From IMG/VR virus record IMGVR_UViG_3300037424_000456, positions 1 to 27,076 of that record: a stretch of 27,076 bases of DNA; one strand, 5' to 3'. The position numbers and the translations under genes were made by a program. This document shows, in pieces, positions 24,234 to 27,076 of this stretch; the first letter of the stretch is position 1, and every line of letters starts with the position of its first letter. Source of the stretch: a virus. Lineage: Duplodnaviria > Caudoviricetes. Under the pieces are notes generated by a model. It made no database searches. It was not told the DNA's origin and saw only the letters and a program-made list of their open reading frames with translations.

Positions 24234-24809
24234 ATGCGCCATGAACAACTGTCGGTCAACAAGCTGACGCTGAGCAACATCGAGAAAATTGTGGACGGCA
24301 ACGGCGTCAAGAGCGCCGATACCGTGACGGCGGTCGACGAGGCCGGCAACGTCATTCACAAAACCACGCTGACCATCGAGGCGCTGCCGATTACCGTGGC
24401 CGACGATGCTGGTGTCGCGCAGTACGGCGGCGCCAAAATCTACGACTTCCCGCTGGGGCTGATTGGTATCCTGGGTTGCGTCGTGGACGGCGACCTGACC
24501 GGCTACGCATCGCTGATCGATACCTTCGACGGCGACGTGTCCATCGGTACCGTGACGGCAACCACGGGCGCGACGCTGGCCGGCACGGAGGCCGACATCA
24601 TGCAGTCGAATGCGCTTACCCAGGCGGTCGCCGAAGTGGCCGCAGTCGCCGCCGGATCCACCGGCATGACCGTCATCAATGGCTTGGCTGGCGCGAAAGA
24701 CGCCTACCTGAACTTCGTGGTGGACGACAACGTGGCGCACGGTGCCGGCACGGCGCATTTCACCGGCAAGGTCGTGATCAACTGGGTCAACCTCGGCACG
24801 CTGTCGTAA
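24234..24809 (+). CDS. Probable virion structural protein (beta-rich, Ala/Gly/Thr/Val-rich)
   Basis: Strong AAGGAG RBS, biased codon usage, position in the head module. Confidence 0.65.
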   Translation: MRHEQLSVNKLTLSNIEKIVDGNGVKSADTVTAVDEAGNVIHKTTLTIEALPITVADDAGVAQYGGAKIYDFPLGLIGILGCVVDGDLTGYASLIDTFDGDVSIGTVTATTGATLAGTEADIMQSNALTQAVAEVAAVAAGSTGMTVINGLAGAKDAYLNFVVDDNVAHGAGTAHFTGKVVINWVNLGTLS

Positions 24810-24821
24810 CCGGAGCCTGAC

Positions 24822-25187
24822 ATGAGCCAGCACGAAAAAGCCGCGGTCACCGTTCCTGCCACCGGGGATACCGAGATTGTCGCCATCCCCAACGTCGACA
24901 AAAAGCTGCTCTGCATGCACGTCGGCGTCATCACGCAAGCCCTGGACAATTTCGACGTGCTGGGCCGCGCGCACGCCGGCGGCGAACTGCAGGACTTCAC
25001 GCCGGCCAACTGGGCGGCGCTGGCGGCGGGACAGCGCATCCGCTTTGCCAGCGGCAACCTGGCGGCGCAGGCCGCGGCATCTGCGGGCTACTTCGAAATG
25101 GACATCGAGGGGCTTGTCGAGATCGTCGTGCGCGCCAGCGGCGCCGTGGACTCCGCGGTGGTGACGCCGCGCTGGTCGCTGGTGTGA
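24822..25187 (+). CDS. Probable virion structural protein (121 aa)
   Basis: GGAG RBS, beta-strand-like pattern, position in the head module. Confidence 0.6.
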   Translation: MSQHEKAAVTVPATGDTEIVAIPNVDKKLLCMHVGVITQALDNFDVLGRAHAGGELQDFTPANWAALAAGQRIRFASGNLAAQAAASAGYFEMDIEGLVEIVVRASGAVDSAVVTPRWSLV

Positions 25188-25411
25188 GCACAGACGATAG
25201 GCGGCTGCTCCAGGCCTTCGTGGCGCTGGAGCATGACAAGGATTTCAAGGTGGTGCTGGACTGGATCACCGAGCAGCGCGACAAGGCCAGGGCCGGTGAC
25301 AACATCAAGGATGACGTCGTGGTCCGCTGGAATCAGGGCCGCGCGCAGGCCGGCACGGAAATCATCGACATGGCGGCGAATGCCCGCCAGACGCTGAACA
25401 GAATGAAATAA
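25184..25411 (+). CDS. Small conserved head-module protein (75 aa)
   Basis: DFKVVLDWI...RWNQGRAQ pattern typical of the small gene between portal and scaffold in podovirus-like modules. Confidence 0.7.
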   Translation: MSTDDRRLLQAFVALEHDKDFKVVLDWITEQRDKARAGDNIKDDVVVRWNQGRAQAGTEIIDMAANARQTLNRMK

Positions 25412-25414
25412 CGG

Positions 25415-25532
25415 CGCGAATACCGCAAGGCTCTCGCCAGAAACCGCCCGCACGGCAGACCGTCGCGGGTTTTTTATTGCCCGGAAAACCTCTCCTGGTG
25501 GCTCTGGGTGCAACGCGAATACCGCAAGGCTC
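25415..25532 (+). repeat. 19-bp direct repeat forming twin hairpins in the scaffold leader
   Basis: CGCGAATACCGCAAGGCTC exactly at 25415-25433 and 25514-25532. Confidence 0.9.
25447..25475 (+). terminator. Terminator-like hairpin between the repeats
   Basis: CCCGCACGG-CAGA-CCGT(C)GCGGG-TTTTTT. Confidence 0.7.
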
Positions 25533-25550
25533 GCAAACGAAAGGAATGTT

Positions 25551-26489
25551 ATGGAAAAGCCAGCAAGTGTACGTCGGCAGGCCGAAGCATCTGAAAAACT
25601 GGTCGCCGAGATTGCAGCAGGGAAGACCGCGCAGCCGGCTCCCGCAGTGAACGAATCTCCCGCACCTGCGCCTGTAGCGCAGCCAGCGGCCCCCGTCGAA
25701 CCGGCACCGGAAGCTGAACTCGCGGCAGCGAAGAAAGACGCTGACGCCTGGCGGCAACGGTACACCGTGTTGAAAGGCAAGTACGACGTGGAAGTGCCGC
25801 GGCTCACGGAGCAGTTACGGGAAGCCAACGAGAAGATCGCTGATCTCAATCAGAAACTCAGCCAGGCGCCGAAGCCTGTCCAGATTTCCGCAGAGGACCG
25901 CGAAAAACTGGTGGACAAATTCGGCGAGGACATGGTGAACATGGTGACCAAGATGGTGCAGAACGGCCTGGAGCAGGGCATTGCCCCGCTGCAGGAAAAA
26001 CTCGCCACCGTTGAAACCAACGTCGAAACCACGGCCAAGGCCACGCAGAAAACCGCCACCCAGCGTTACTGGGATGAAGTGGACAACCTGCTGGCCGCCG
26101 AAGGACTGAAGTTTGATGTCGTCAACGACGACCCTGGGTTTATCGCCTGGCTGGGAGAGCAAGACGGCTTATCGGGTAAGACGCGGCTGGACTCGCTCGA
26201 AAGAGCGCAAGGTTCCAGGAACGCGAAACTCACTGCGCAGTTTTTCATCACGTACGCAAAAGGCCTTTCCAAGGACGGTGCATCGTCTCTGGAAGCACAG
26301 ATCCAACCTGACCCCAGCAATGCCGCTCCGGATCCCCTGAACCCCAATAAGGGAAAAATCTGGATGCGCGCCGAGATTGACCAGTTCTACAGGGACAAGC
26401 GCGGCGGGAAGTACAGGGGCAAACAGGCAGAGGCTGATCGCATCGAGGCTGACATTTTAGCCGCGACGCGCGAAAAACGTATTCAGTAA
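25551..26489 (+). CDS. Capsid scaffolding protein
   Basis: Pro/Ala-rich N-terminus, WRQRY..LKGKYD.EVPRL coiled coil and charged C-terminal helix; directly before the capsid gene. Confidence 0.8.
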   Translation: MEKPASVRRQAEASEKLVAEIAAGKTAQPAPAVNESPAPAPVAQPAAPVEPAPEAELAAAKKDADAWRQRYTVLKGKYDVEVPRLTEQLREANEKIADLNQKLSQAPKPVQISAEDREKLVDKFGEDMVNMVTKMVQNGLEQGIAPLQEKLATVETNVETTAKATQKTATQRYWDEVDNLLAAEGLKFDVVNDDPGFIAWLGEQDGLSGKTRLDSLERAQGSRNAKLTAQFFITYAKGLSKDGASSLEAQIQPDPSNAAPDPLNPNKGKIWMRAEIDQFYRDKRGGKYRGKQAEADRIEADILAATREKRIQ

Positions 26490-26522
26490 CCGCAGTCGCG
26501 GCTCCATTCCAAGGAGCCCATC

Positions 26523-27076
26523 ATGGGTGTTCAAACTGCAGCAGGCCATCCCGTCTATGACGGTATTTACATCCCGGAAATCTGGTCCGGGAAGATCGTC
26601 GAGAAGTTCTACGACGCCACGGTGTTCGGCGAAGTCGCCAACACGGATTACGAGGGTGAAATCAAGGGTCACGGATCGAAGGTTCATGTCCGCACCCGCG
26701 CCGACATCATCATCCGGGATTACGAGAAAGGCATGAACCTCCAGGTTCAGCGCCCGGAATCCCCGAACGTCGAACTGAACATCGACAAAGCCCAGTACTT
26801 CAACTGCCTGGTCGACAACATCGACAAGCACCAGTCCGACATCAACCTGCTCAACGAGTGGGGCGAGGACTCCGGCTTCAAGATGAAGATCAAGGTGGAT
26901 ACCCGCATTTTGGGTGACATCTACGTCGACGCGGCGGCCGAAAACAAGGGCCTCACCGCCGGCAAGAAGTCCGCTTCGTTCAACCTCGGCGCCACCGGCA
27001 CCCCGCTGGCTGTCGACAAGACGAACGTGCTGGACTTTCTGGTCGACCTGGGCACGGTTGCCGACGAGCAGTCCTG
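26523..27076 (+). CDS. Major capsid protein (5' part; truncated by the window edge)
   Basis: Hand translation MGVQTAAGHPVYDGIYIPEIWSGKIVEKFYDATVFGEVANTDYEGEIKGHGSKVHV. AAGGAG RBS; IPEIWS and NTDYEGEI are capsid motifs. Confidence 0.92.
   Translation, partial: MGVQTAAGHPVYDGIYIPEIWSGKIVEKFYDATVFGEVANTDYEGEIKGHGSKVHVRTRADIIIRDYEKGMNLQVQRPESPNVELNIDKAQYFNCLVDNIDKHQSDINLLNEWGEDSGFKMKIKVDTRILGDIYVDAAAENKGLTAGKKSASFNLGATGTPLAVDKTNVLDFLVDLGTVADEQS

Noticed and set aside
25415-25532. 19-bp direct repeats as a mini-CRISPR or att site
   Set aside because: Only two copies, an 80-bp structured spacer, no cas or integrase nearby; location fits a leader regulatory element.

Overview
The whole window is a tailed, probably temperate phage or prophage segment with lambdoid organisation and high GC; a proteobacterial host is inferred, not shown. 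The leftward early operon (1-5933) encodes a YqaJ exonuclease, a probable single-strand annealing protein, a C5 DNA methyltransferase with seven internal repeats, a DUF4942-like protein and two tiny CxxC proteins. The immunity region has a cI/cro switch with four readable 15-bp operators and PL/PR/PRM promoters, plus an extra antisense HTH gene. The rightward operon carries a replication initiator with iterons, a coupled N6-MTase / PAPS-reductase-like / N4-N6-MTase cluster, and a nin-like region (minimal protein-kinase-like gene, degenerate LAGLIDADG, NinB, Ref-like nuclease, Q-like regulator). It continues with an initiator-like tRNA(CAT), a secreted-protein gene, a structured RNA with an anti-Shine-Dalgarno loop, a lysis cassette (holin-like genes, GH19 endolysin, spanins), terminase, portal, scaffold and the 5' end of the major capsid gene. 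The best candidates for novelty are the MTase-PAPS reductase-MTase module, the 160-aa kinase, and the non-coding RNAs between Q and the lysis genes and upstream of the scaffold gene. All family assignments come from motif recognition by eye; no database searches were run.
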